From: a virus
Lineage: Duplodnaviria; Caudoviricetes
DNA: 64,000 bases
Direction: 5' to 3' (one strand)
IMG/VR virus record: IMGVR_UViG_2595698754_000001
Span: 3,171 to 67,170 of that record
In this document: piece after piece, positions 49,537-59,099 of the stretch
How the letters are laid out: the number at the start of each line of letters is the position of its first letter
Numbering within the stretch: position 1 is the stretch's first letter
Made by a program: the position numbers and the translations under genes
Notes under the pieces: model-generated
Seen by the model: the letters and a program-made list of their open reading frames with translations, nothing else
What the model was told of the DNA's origin: nothing
The model's database searches: none

Positions 49537-50373
49537 ATGGAGAAGAATGCAGTTTTAAAGGCAGTTGCGACAGGTCTAATTTTTGGAACGCTAATTTTTG
49601 GAGGGGCACAAGTAAACGCAGATGAAAAAATTCCGGAAGTGCACGCTAAAGAAGGAACGTTAATCACGACAGATGGAAAACAGTTATCGAACGATAACGA
49701 CATCTATTACATTGACGGTCAACGAGTAGAAGTAATTTGGGACAAAGAAAGTAATGGTTGTAAAATATTGGACGACACCAAAACAGAAATTAAGAACGGT
49801 GAAGAAGTTCTTACCGATTACGAATGGAATCCCGAAACGATGAAAGAAGTAAATGTAAAAATGAGTCTGGATGAAAAATCTGGCACATGGACTTACGTAG
49901 CAGAGGATGGACAAACTTGGACTTCACCAGACGATTGGACAGCTCCATTTGGAGGAACTGAATTTACTGGCACTATTTCAGTGCTAAAAGATTGTGACAC
50001 GTTTGTGCAAGTGCTGACGTGGGACGAAATTGTTGCACCAGTTAAAGAAGAGCCACAGCAAAAACCGGAACCAGAAAAAGAACCAGTGAAAGAGCCGACT
50101 AAAGAAGAACCACAAAAAGAGGTTGTATCTGAAAATAGTGAGGCTCCTCAGAAAGCTTTAACTGTACAAGAACCCGTTAAACCAAAAGTAAAAGCCGTAG
50201 AAACGTCCTCACAACCTAAAGAAGTTGTACAGGAAGTAAAAGCGAGTGATAGCCATAAAATTCTAGCTAAGACTGGTGACAGTAATAACAAAGTCATGAT
50301 ATTGTTAGGCGTGATATTCGTCTGCTTTGGAATTGGAGCTATTTGTTTGGCACACTTTGAGCCTAAAGAATAA
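49537..50373 (+). CDS. putative sortase-anchored surface protein (signal peptide, Pro/Glu/Lys stalk, LAKTG plus TM)
   Basis: Signal peptide ending VNA-D; KPEPEKEPVKEP stalk; ILAKTGD followed by a hydrophobic helix; own promoter TTGACA-17-TAAAGT. Confidence 0.75.
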   Translation: MEKNAVLKAVATGLIFGTLIFGGAQVNADEKIPEVHAKEGTLITTDGKQLSNDNDIYYIDGQRVEVIWDKESNGCKILDDTKTEIKNGEEVLTDYEWNPETMKEVNVKMSLDEKSGTWTYVAEDGQTWTSPDDWTAPFGGTEFTGTISVLKDCDTFVQVLTWDEIVAPVKEEPQQKPEPEKEPVKEPTKEEPQKEVVSENSEAPQKALTVQEPVKPKVKAVETSSQPKEVVQEVKASDSHKILAKTGDSNNKVMILLGVIFVCFGIGAICLAHFEPKE

Positions 50374-50402
50374 CACGGGGAGCTTTTGACTCCCTTTACA
50401 TA

Positions 50403-50458
50403 TGTAATAATTCTGTAACACAAATTGGCTTGTTTTGTAACACTACCTATGTTATTAT
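50403..50458 (+). promoter_or_regulatory. early promoter with TGTAAT-N5-TGTAAC box
   Basis: Box 50403-50419, 10 bp gap, TTGTTT-17-TATTAT; extra TGTAAC at 50436. Confidence 0.8.
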
Positions 50459-50513
50459 ATAAGAGTAGTAAGGAACACGACAGCTACTACATAAAACTAA
50501 GGAGGATGTTAAA

Positions 50514-50741
50514 ATGAGGGAGCCAATAGACAAAGTAACCAGATTGAGAATTGAAAGAATGGAACTAACCGCAGATATTAAACAGCTAGAAATTGTATAC
50601 ACTTCTATGACAACATTGCACAACGCTTGTGAACCAGAAATAAGCAGAGCTATGGATACTATCTTAGGTAAAATACGGATGTTTAGAAGAGAGCTAGAAC
50701 GCATAAATGAAATTATTGATACTGTGGATGGATTGGCGTGA
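50514..50741 (+). CDS. early coiled-coil hypothetical protein
   Basis: AAGGAGG RBS. Confidence 0.7.
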   Translation: MREPIDKVTRLRIERMELTADIKQLEIVYTSMTTLHNACEPEISRAMDTILGKIRMFRRELERINEIIDTVDGLA

Positions 50742-51097
50742 TTATATTCGACGATGAAATACTAATACACATAAACAGATTTGAAAGCTTTGAGGAGTAT
50801 GCAAGTTATAATACTGATTGCACTAGAAAGGAATTTGATGAACGACTTGAGTTTGGACTACTTCAAGATATTTCACCGTCCTCATATAATGGTGCTTCCG
50901 ATACTACACAATTTCACGAGCTTACAAACAGCAACATTATTGGAGCTATCCACGCAGAGTTACAAGAGTGTAGAAATTATTACACTGATATGTTGTACCC
51001 AGATGAGGAATTGAGTGACAGAGAAATAATATTAGAGATGGTAACAGAGTTAAACATATTCACGCTTGAAGGACACTTATATATTGATTTAGATTAA
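50738..51097 (+). CDS. early acidic hypothetical protein
   Basis: GTGA coupling; Asp/Glu-rich. Confidence 0.65.
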   Translation: MIIFDDEILIHINRFESFEEYASYNTDCTRKEFDERLEFGLLQDISPSSYNGASDTTQFHELTNSNIIGAIHAELQECRNYYTDMLYPDEELSDREIILEMVTELNIFTLEGHLYIDLD

Positions 51098-51194
51098 ATG
51101 AGATAAAAAGCTTGACGGATTGAAAGTGGTGTGTTATAGTTAAAGAGTAGTAAGGCACCACAATACATAACAAAAATTAGGAGGAATAGAGAAG

Positions 51195-51494
51195 ATGAAA
51201 AAATTGATGATGGTATTTGTAGCGTTGGTAGTATTGAGTGTTGGGACTTTGGTGGTAATGTTTAATCAAGTTGAGAATGCGAGTGCAGTATCTGAAAGTA
51301 AAGTAACGCAGGAAATGAAGGAAAAACAGATTGTAAAAGAGTATGGCTTTCCAAATGAAAAACCAATTGACGTTAATATCTACAAAGATAAAGCTGTTAT
51401 TGTGTATGAGGAAGATGTTTTAGTAATCGACACAACTGGAAGCAATGCTTGGGGTTATGATGGAATGAAAGATGGCGTGTGGTTCCAACAATAA
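51195..51494 (+). CDS. small secreted or membrane-anchored protein
   Basis: MKK plus hydrophobic signal; promoter TTGACG-17-TATAGT and AGGAGG RBS. Confidence 0.7.
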   Translation: MKKLMMVFVALVVLSVGTLVVMFNQVENASAVSESKVTQEMKEKQIVKEYGFPNEKPIDVNIYKDKAVIVYEEDVLVIDTTGSNAWGYDGMKDGVWFQQ

Positions 51495-51500
51495 GAAGTA

Positions 51501-51530
51501 AAGGCTCTCCACAGGGAGGGTCTTCTTTTT
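51501..51530 (+). terminator. intrinsic terminator ending the early island
   Basis: GGCTCTCC-ACAG-GGAGGGTC followed by TTCTTTTT. Confidence 0.75.
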
Positions 51531-52565
51531 GGCGTTATGTGTTTGAATATTCAGAATATAGAGAATATGTCTTAAATAGAGAATAGTAAAATGGAGTGAT
51601 TCTAACGCATTTAACTTTGGAAAGGTGGATAAGTGTATGTTAAGTGTTGTATAATCGCACTAGAATTTCCGCACAATTTAACCCCTTAAATATAGGGGGA
51701 CTATTTGGGGACGTGTGAGGGCGTGTTATATCGTGTATAATTACGGGTAATATATGGGTACTTATATGGACGATATGTTGGATAGTAGTATAATAACTGT
51801 GCTAATATGGGTGTATTATAGGGGCTATATATTACAGGTAATTCACCACGATCTATGGCAAATAGGATAAGGTATTTGTGGAGGATAATGGCGGATGAAT
51901 ATGGGGCTATTTGGGGAACATTGTGGGGTACTTGTTTGGAAATGGTTAGGAACTAATATTGGCGTGTTAAAGCGGGTTTATATGAGATAACATGTGTGGC
52001 ATGTTGTGACGTGTTATAGCCATATAATTATATAAGGTATTTAATACTGTTATAGTATATGTATAACAAGTTAAGATATGTTTAGAACCTACCTCTTTAA
52101 CAGTGCTTCACTCGAACACACACGACTACACTGTATGAGAATTTAATATTATCTAAATATAATTATCTATTATTTTATACTCATCTAACAAGTTAACATA
52201 ATGTATGTTATAGGAAGTATAATTAGCTAATCGAATGTAAGCGTTTTATTAGCCCTTATATTAAATAGTACCTGTATCATGTATATCTATGTGTAGTTAC
52301 TGTAGTACACGTGCACACACGCACTCACATGCTAATACATGTAATATAAATAAAGCAAGTGTGCAATACGTGTCGAGCTAACGAGGAGCGAGCGAAAGCG
52401 AGCGAGTAGACTGAGTAGTTAGAGGAGTCGGAAAATTCGGATACGTAGGGGTGTTTAAAAAATTCTGATAATTCTCCGTAGACTATTACAATTTCACGTT
52501 TCCTATTTTCACTGTATGGGTTACGAATAGGGGTACTAAGTAAACCGCCACAGTGTTTAACCTTG

Positions 52566-52607
52566 TCACAACACGCCACAACACGTCCACACTAGCCACA
52601 ACACGCC
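52566..52607. repeat. short repeats CACAACACG (3 copies plus a partial copy)
   Basis: TCACAACACGCCACAACACGTCCACACTAGCCACAACACGCC. Confidence 0.75.
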
Positions 52608-52634
52608 AAAAAGAGTACCTAACTGGCACTCTCT
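52608..52634 (-). terminator. intrinsic terminator of the leftward gene array
   Basis: Minus strand AGAGTGCC-AGTTA-GGTACTCT-TTTT. Confidence 0.75.
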
Positions 52635-52658
52635 GGTTAAACTATGCGGGAATTTTCA

Positions 52659-52853
52659 TTAAGATACTCCACCGTTGGTAAGCCATAGCCAAACTAGTGC
52701 TAACAATCCCACACCAGTGGTAATATCTAGGAACCTAGAATAAGCGGGTCTTTTCCCCTTATTTTTAATACCTTCAATAAGGTTAGTAATCCCGAAGAAG
52801 CTAAATCCTACTATCACTATATAAGTTAAAATCTGTACTACTATATCTGCCAA
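52659..52853 (-). CDS. small 2-TM membrane protein
   Basis: AAGGAGGTG RBS; two hydrophobic helices. Confidence 0.7.
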   Translation of the reverse strand: MADIVVQILTYIVIVGFSFFGITNLIEGIKNKGKRPAYSRFLDITTGVGLLALVWLWLTNGGVS

Positions 52854-52876
52854 AAGTTTTTCACCTCCTTAAGTTT

Positions 52877-53062
52877 TTATAAGAACACTACTATCACGAA
52901 CCAACTCATTCCAGCAAATAGAAGACCTGCCAATATGTCTATAACGCCACCAACCACTTCTTCACCACTTCTTACTTTGCACACACCAGTAAATATGGTA
53001 GTAATACTTCCAAAAAAGTAGCTAATAATTGCGAACCACACTACGAACATATTAGTTCCCAT
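52877..53062 (-). CDS. small 2-TM membrane protein
   Basis: Two hydrophobic helices; coupled ORF. Confidence 0.65.
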   Translation of the reverse strand: MGTNMFVVWFAIISYFFGSITTIFTGVCKVRSGEEVVGGVIDILAGLLFAGMSWFVIVVFL

Positions 53063-53615
53063 TTTCTTTATACTCCCGGAACACTTCCATAACTGCTTTA
53101 CCCTTCTTAAGTTTATTATAAGAGGAAGTGTTATAGAATCTTTCTAAAGTCTTCATAACGTCATCTACTGGAATAGCCATAATACCTGTGTACCTCATTT
53201 TAAGCTCTTCAAATTCCTCTCTAGTAAATCTCTTGGCTAGTGTAACAGGTTCTAATTCGTGAACCTCATTAAAGAAAGCCGAACACATCTGCAAATCTGC
53301 TAAATCTCTTGGCGTGTCTGTATTTACTGAAACCTGTATCCAGTTGGTAAGAACTGGTGCAAACGCCACATACACTTGAGTGTTATCCACTTTCTTAATC
53401 TTCCACCAGTGGTCTTGGTTAGTATCCAACGCATTAGCCACCTTAGCCATTCCCTCTGCGGAATCTTGTGTAGGGAATTCTAAAGCATTTCCTTCCAGTG
53501 TACTTGGTCTAAAAATAAGCTTGTCTATGTTGGAGCTAGCTAAGTAATATTCCACCCCGCCAAGTACTTCATAATAAACTATCCACACGTCTCTTGGTTC
53601 TTTAGCCATGTTCAT
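53052..53615 (-). CDS. hypothetical protein
   Basis: AGGAGG RBS. Confidence 0.7.
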   Translation of the reverse strand: MNMAKEPRDVWIVYYEVLGGVEYYLASSNIDKLIFRPSTLEGNALEFPTQDSAEGMAKVANALDTNQDHWWKIKKVDNTQVYVAFAPVLTNWIQVSVNTDTPRDLADLQMCSAFFNEVHELEPVTLAKRFTREEFEELKMRYTGIMAIPVDDVMKTLERFYNTSSYNKLKKGKAVMEVFREYKENGN

Positions 53616-53763
53616 TCCTCCTATTATATGGTGAATATACGTGCTTCACCATCTTTTTCATTATACACCACTCTTGCAACATCTTCCACGAAGAGAGCAA
53701 ACTCTACAGAAATAAGTGTGTCCGGTGGCATTGTTTGTAATTCATTAATCAATTCTTCTGCGG

Positions 53764-54150
53764 TCATAATTCTTCCTCCTCCACAACATATCCGCATAAC
53801 CAAGCCATAGCCAATTTATACTGGTTCGTTTCACTATTTAATATCCATCCTTCTACCTCTTTGGACATGTTACTATTATAGTAATTAAACAAATCAACTA
53901 AATCATATCCCTGTCTATCTCCAAACTCTAACCAATCTTCCATATAAGTGGGAAGTTTAACTAGCTCTTCACTTGCTAACTTTGTAATCGTTCCCGTTTC
54001 CATTATACCTGCTTCATGAATTGTTTCTCTCTCACCATCATGTACAAATTCTACTACATATTCCCCTTTTGGAAGTTCCTCTACAATTATTACTTCTCTT
54101 ATTACCTCGTACCAAATTAGTTCTACTCTATCTCCTACCTTGTGTTTCAT
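53764..54150 (-). CDS. DUF1642-like protein
   Basis: VKLPTYMEDW..LAMAWLCGYVVE. Confidence 0.75.
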   Translation of the reverse strand: MKHKVGDRVELIWYEVIREVIIVEELPKGEYVVEFVHDGERETIHEAGIMETGTITKLASEELVKLPTYMEDWLEFGDRQGYDLVDLFNYYNSNMSKEVEGWILNSETNQYKLAMAWLCGYVVEEEEL

Positions 54151-54782
54151 TAAATATCTTCCTCATAAGGCACAACGTCAAACGTGTGGCTAGTATTTTG
54201 GGAAGCTAAGAAACACGCGATTGCAGTCATATTTACCTTATCGCCAATAATAGCACATTCCTTATGTGGGGTAAGAGCATATTCAAATGATTTAGCTACA
54301 GGGGTGACCATACTAACATATAACTTAAAATCTTCCGAGATAGTTTCTTTATCTCTTAAAATTATATACTTTCCTTCTGTATCTTCTCCACACGTAGACA
54401 CATACGTAGCAGGTTTAGCTTCAATCTTATATCCATTCTTCATTTCCACCAGTATCTCAATAGGGTTACTTGTCGCATCATTCATGAACATGTAAAAATT
54501 ACTATCTGTGTTCTGCTCATCAAAGTTGCGAATATATCGCCAAATTTCATAATCTAAATTATTTTTATTCTCTTCAAACCATTCAGCCACGTAATGGGGA
54601 ACTACGGGTAATTGGGGTTCTACATATTCAACTACATCGCGGAACTTTCTGTTAAGGTCAAGTTCTCCCTCACCAACTTTAATAATTAACGTTTCGATGT
54701 TATAAAATACCTCTATAACTTCCCCTACTACCTTTTTATTTCCAGAAATGAACTCTACTTTTTGACCTTTATAAAATTCCAT
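54150..54782 (-). CDS. DUF1642-like protein
   Basis: PVVPHYVAEWFE..NGYKIE; promoter upstream (TTGACA-17-TATACT). Confidence 0.75.
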   Translation of the reverse strand: MEFYKGQKVEFISGNKKVVGEVIEVFYNIETLIIKVGEGELDLNRKFRDVVEYVEPQLPVVPHYVAEWFEENKNNLDYEIWRYIRNFDEQNTDSNFYMFMNDATSNPIEILVEMKNGYKIEAKPATYVSTCGEDTEGKYIILRDKETISEDFKLYVSMVTPVAKSFEYALTPHKECAIIGDKVNMTAIACFLASQNTSHTFDVVPYEEDI

Positions 54783-55192
54783 TAATATTCCTCCTCCTTC
54801 TATATTACAAGTATATCACTTACTTACGTGTTTGTCAAATTTAATAAACACGTAGTTGATAAGCTTTACAAATACAAGGTAGCCACTATTCCAAGAGCTA
54901 AAAAGGCTATTGCTAAAAAACTTATAGCTTTACACGCAAAAATGTTTAATGGGTGTGACGTATCTATTGCAGTCATTAGCAAGTATTGTCCAGTACAAAC
55001 CATAATGAGAAAGATACTTAGCTCTAACATATAATTCCTCCTAAAGTATTTTGTTAAAAACGCCTTGTGTTGCCAATATCGTAATCATTCCTAAATATAC
55101 AAAAAATATCCAAACAATTGCCACATCGTCTTCTAGTTTGCGTGCTGTTAAAAAGAATGTGATACTAATAATTAAGATTATCCAAACAATCG

Positions 55193-55450
55193 TCAATCTG
55201 TTTCCTCCTCGTAAGCATCTAAAGTACCATCAATAGGGGGAAGCACTGTCAACGTGTCTACAACGTTAACACTCATAGTGCGTTCTCCTTGGTCATCATC
55301 ACTAACACTAAACAAAATTCCGTGTCCATCTGCATATGGCTGAATTACCGTAAAGTCTGTTTCTTTAATATCACCATATAACTCTTTCGCCACCTCAATT
55401 GCTTTCTTCTGTAACTTAGTAATTTGTTCCATAGTATCTAATTTTTCCAT
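55193..55450 (-). CDS. hypothetical protein
   Basis: RBS; coupled ORF. Confidence 0.65.
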   Translation of the reverse strand: MEKLDTMEQITKLQKKAIEVAKELYGDIKETDFTVIQPYADGHGILFSVSDDDQGERTMSVNVVDTLTVLPPIDGTLDAYEEETD

Positions 55451-55728
55451 TATTCATACCATTCCTCTCTAAAAACTACTTTAAATTTTACTCGCCACTC
55501 TGTGTGTGTTCTTAATGTGCAGGATATGCTATCTAAATTCATACATCTATCAATAAGTGCAGTAGCATACCTGAAGGAGGCTCTGTCATGCAAACTAGCC
55601 ATATCTTTCATGTGTTTACTTAACAATATCTTAACTCCTTGAAAGGAGCAACCTCCTACTTTTAATACTTTTCCAGCAACAACTTCATCATCCTTTTGCC
55701 AATCTACTAGCTGTATTAAAATATACAT
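55450..55728 (-). CDS. hypothetical protein
   Basis: AAAGGGG RBS. Confidence 0.6.
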   Translation of the reverse strand: MYILIQLVDWQKDDEVVAGKVLKVGGCSFQGVKILLSKHMKDMASLHDRASFRYATALIDRCMNLDSISCTLRTHTEWRVKFKVVFREEWYE

Positions 55729-55736
55729 AGTAGTGA

Positions 55737-55982
55737 TTATTCCCCTTTCTGTTCGGAAAGATAGTGCATAACTAGTTCCTCCGCATATTCAAATCCCTCT
55801 AAGAATCTTGCCACGTCTGGAGGTCGGTAGTGGTCTGGTAGCCCTTCGTCTCCCGTTTCTTCCCAATACTTTTCGTAAGCATCTTTCAATATTTGCAATA
55901 ACTCTTCACCCATTCCAAACCACCTCCCCCATGTGTAAGGTAATACCATCTCCAAAAAACTTTGCATGTACCTTGTCTCCAT
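55737..55982 (-). CDS. hypothetical protein
   Basis: Operon context. Confidence 0.6.
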   Translation of the reverse strand: METRYMQSFLEMVLPYTWGRWFGMGEELLQILKDAYEKYWEETGDEGLPDHYRPPDVARFLEGFEYAEELVMHYLSEQKGE

Positions 55983-56314
55983 TGCCTACAATAATATAAG
56001 CACTTTCAAAACAGTGCGTAAATCCTATAATTATTTTTGTTAGGGCTACAGAACTCTCATTAAAATAATAATCCATATATAATCCGTCTATAGCAGGAAT
56101 ATACATATCTGGTATAGCTGGTTTTAAGTTACACATAAAATCCAGACACTCCTCTAACAAAAACTTGGTAGTTATCTAATTCTCTTTCTGTATAATCTTC
56201 TAAATCTCTTTTAACAGCTTCTTCTGCAAGTTCTTTCGTGGCAAATAGTCCTAAACTTATGGAGAAGTTAAAAGTGGCTTCCCATACGCAAACACAATAC
56301 TTCATGATTAAACC

Positions 56315-56626
56315 TCACAATCTGTATTCCAAATTATTTAAATCCAAATTCTTTTTATCGCCGTCTATAAATACTACTTGTGTAGCACCTAATACACTAG
56401 GAACAAACGTTCTAGCCAGTAAATCCGCCAGCTTAACCACTCTCTGCAAGTTAGCCACGTCATCCACTAGTTTAACCGTATAACCCAAACGAGGAGCAAA
56501 CGATACTTTAAGCAAATGACCTGTAATATTATTAGCAACCTCACCATCCCTGTTTATGGAATATCTTCGGAAATCTCTAATCTCTGTCCACTTCGTAGCA
56601 TCCAGAATATCTCTAGCCTTTGCCAT
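56315..56626 (-). CDS. degenerate NUMOD4/HNH-like protein
   Basis: WTEIRDFRRYSINRDG..LLARTFV..FIDGDKKNLDLNNLE; catalytic His residues not evident. Confidence 0.65.
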   Translation of the reverse strand: MAKARDILDATKWTEIRDFRRYSINRDGEVANNITGHLLKVSFAPRLGYTVKLVDDVANLQRVVKLADLLARTFVPSVLGATQVVFIDGDKKNLDLNNLEYRL

Positions 56627-56689
56627 AATCGCTCACTCCTCTTAATTGGTATAACTAATTATAACACGCATTTATTTAGTTGTCAAACA

Positions 56690-56986
56690 TTATTTGGTTT
56701 CGTATTTCTCTGCACCTTTTTCTGTAATAACAACATCTGCATTAACTACTTGGACACGCTTTCCATCAATGTTAAGAACAACTTGAGTCCCGCCATCTGA
56801 GTATTTAGTACGAACGTTTTCTCCTTCATACTGTTTAAGAACTTCGCCAGTCTTGCTGTAGATAGTGATTGTTCTTTCTAATCCTTTGGTGTCACTTTCC
56901 CAATCTTTACTCCAATCATCAAAAGAAGTACATCCTCCAAGTAATAATACTGCCCCAATTGCTAAAGCTATCATTGATTTTTTCAT
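56690..56986 (-). CDS. putative lipoprotein
   Basis: MKK, hydrophobic stretch and LGGC lipobox. Confidence 0.75.
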   Translation of the reverse strand: MKKSMIALAIGAVLLLGGCTSFDDWSKDWESDTKGLERTITIYSKTGEVLKQYEGENVRTKYSDGGTQVVLNIDGKRVQVVNADVVITEKGAEKYETK

Positions 56987-57006
56987 CTAATCATTCTCCT
57001 TTTAGT

Positions 57007-57252
57007 TTATTCTACTTCGATAAAATCCATAATCTCACACTCTAATTCCACTAACACTAAATCTACTGGGTGAATCCCTCCACCTTCTATCTGTTTTAAC
57101 AAAGCTGTAGCAGATTGAAGTGTTCCATACGTCTTGATGGCTTTCTTCTGCCGACTTGAGCAGAAGTATTGGTTACCGCCTTTGTGGAACGTGTCACTAA
57201 CACGGTCGTAAATTGCCCACAAGGTTAGACTTTCTAAATCTGGTGGTTCCAT
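57007..57252 (-). CDS. hypothetical protein
   Basis: Operon context. Confidence 0.6.
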   Translation of the reverse strand: MEPPDLESLTLWAIYDRVSDTFHKGGNQYFCSSRQKKAIKTYGTLQSATALLKQIEGGGIHPVDLVLVELECEIMDFIEVE

Positions 57253-57345
57253 TTAATATCCACTTCCTTTATCTTATTCCTTGGTACTGGTTTAGGGACA
57301 TAATTCTCTCTTACTATAGTATCTTTTTCCTTCTTGTAAGCCAAC

Positions 57346-57546
57346 TCAAAATCCCACAGCTCCTTCATAAAACAAACTGTAACAATCACTTCTGAACTTG
57401 CGAGCAGAGCCATCATTAAACGTAATTACAACTCCATTACCACGTTCTTCAATCATAATAACCTCTAAACCAGTGTGATTATCAATCTGATGTAAATCAT
57501 AGGAATACATTTTGGGCGTGCTAATAATTGCTGATACTATCCTCAT
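57346..57546 (-). CDS. hypothetical protein
   Basis: GAGGAG RBS. Confidence 0.6.
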   Translation of the reverse strand: MRIVSAIISTPKMYSYDLHQIDNHTGLEVIMIEERGNGVVITFNDGSARKFRSDCYSLFYEGAVGF

Positions 57547-57548
57547 CT

Positions 57549-57746
57549 TTAAAACTCCTCTACTTGTTCGACTTCTACAGAGAAAACTGGAAGAACTTCA
57601 TCATAATAGAGCTCACGTGAATACTTGGCATACATCTCCATTGCATCTAACTTAGCATAAAATTCATCGTATGCTTCAATGTAGAAAAATTCGTAATCTC
57701 TTTCTCCATAAAATACGCAAACTCTGTATTTATTATAGCAGTCCAT
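57549..57746 (-). CDS. hypothetical protein
   Basis: AAGGAGG RBS. Confidence 0.65.
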   Translation of the reverse strand: MDCYNKYRVCVFYGERDYEFFYIEAYDEFYAKLDAMEMYAKYSRELYYDEVLPVFSVEVEQVEEF

Positions 57747-57747
57747 T

Positions 57748-58107
57748 TTAATCCTCCTTAGTTGCTATCCATTCGTCAAAAGCTTTATTAAACTCAGTCC
57801 CAAAATTATTTAATCCTCTTTCCTTAGCAATTGTTTCGAATTCATCTCTTAACTCGTGACGGCGAATCGCATACTCTTTCTCTTCTGCAATAATTGGTTT
57901 AACAAGTTCTTCATTTAAAGCACCCTCAAAGTACATTGTACCAATCTCCAAACTTTTATATTTGTATAAAGGATGTCTCTGTAAACCTTTTCGGCAATTG
58001 TTAGCTTCGGTTACGGTTTCCTTTAAAACACCTGTACGGCTCAAACAGTAGTGCCAGTCACCATCTTCATCATACCAACCTACAACATATCTTTCATACT
58101 TATTCAT
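57748..58107 (-). CDS. hypothetical protein
   Basis: AAGGAGG RBS and upstream promoter. Confidence 0.7.
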   Translation of the reverse strand: MNKYERYVVGWYDEDGDWHYCLSRTGVLKETVTEANNCRKGLQRHPLYKYKSLEIGTMYFEGALNEELVKPIIAEEKEYAIRRHELRDEFETIAKERGLNNFGTEFNKAFDEWIATKED

Positions 58108-58148
58108 ATTTATCTCCTCCTTCTTTATAATAAGAGCTTACCACAAAG

Positions 58149-59072
58149 TTAAAATGATGTCAACTGTTCTCCCTCGGAAGATAGCTTGCGAATAAATTCA
58201 TCCACCAGTTCAAACCGTCTATCCTTGTCCCAATAGGGTATTCTAAGTATTGGCATGTTGTTATCTTGGGCGAACTGGTTTTTAATGGAGTCACGTTTTT
58301 GTGTTTCTTTAAGACCTATGTCGTCTTTGTCTCCCCAATGCCTTTGGTAATGGTATTCCCCATCGTACTCTATGATGGCGTTTAGTTCTGGTAGGTAGAG
58401 GTCGCATTTTAATAATCCCCTATATTTCATCCCTTCAAATGTTTTCTGGGGTTCAACCTTGTAACCAAGCTTCTCCACGTATTCAACCACCGATTTCTCT
58501 GTTTTACCTGTGGAGCATTTTGGGCAACCTTTTCCACGTTTAATATCATTAGGTGCAACTTTCCATACATGTTTACATGTTTTACATCTGTGTAGTATCT
58601 TAGTAACATTATTTATATACTTGCCTAACACCGCAATATTTGGATTAACTTTTTTAACTTGTTCCATATACTCCTTATGTGTTAACTTTAGGCTACCTAC
58701 CCAACACTTAGGGCAACCTTTTCCACGTTTAATATCAGATGGTCTAGCTTTCCATACATGTTTACATGTTTTACATCTGTGTAGTATCTTAGTAGCATTA
58801 TTTTTATACTTTCCTAATACTTCAATATTTGGATTAACTTTTTTAACTTGTTTAATATATTCATCATGAGTTGGTTTATATTTTCCAGAACATTTTGGAC
58901 AACCACTTCCACTTTTAATATCGTGAGGTCTAGCATTCCATTCATGTTTACATGTTTTACACCTGTGTAATATACTAGTATGATTACCAATATACTTACC
59001 CAATACCTCAACCTTATTATTCTTTTCCATCACTTGCTCCACATATTCCCCCTGCGTTAACTTTCTTACCAA
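58149..59072 (-). CDS. putative homing endonuclease: three Zn-ribbon repeats plus a Vsr/DUF559-like nuclease
   Basis: Three ~63-aa repeats HRCKTCKH.W..P.DIK.G.GCPKC; DLYLPELNAIIEYDGEYH..RDSIKN..ILRIPYW. Confidence 0.85.
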   Translation of the reverse strand: MVRKLTQGEYVEQVMEKNNKVEVLGKYIGNHTSILHRCKTCKHEWNARPHDIKSGSGCPKCSGKYKPTHDEYIKQVKKVNPNIEVLGKYKNNATKILHRCKTCKHVWKARPSDIKRGKGCPKCWVGSLKLTHKEYMEQVKKVNPNIAVLGKYINNVTKILHRCKTCKHVWKVAPNDIKRGKGCPKCSTGKTEKSVVEYVEKLGYKVEPQKTFEGMKYRGLLKCDLYLPELNAIIEYDGEYHYQRHWGDKDDIGLKETQKRDSIKNQFAQDNNMPILRIPYWDKDRRFELVDEFIRKLSSEGEQLTSF

Positions 59073-59099
59073 ACTCTCAAACCTTCCTTCTACTTATTT

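Noticed and set aside
46657-50458. Repeated TGTAAC-containing blocks as a CRISPR array or mini-array
   Set aside because: Copies are short, 0.7-1.8 kb apart and always tied to promoters; there is no repeat-spacer periodicity.
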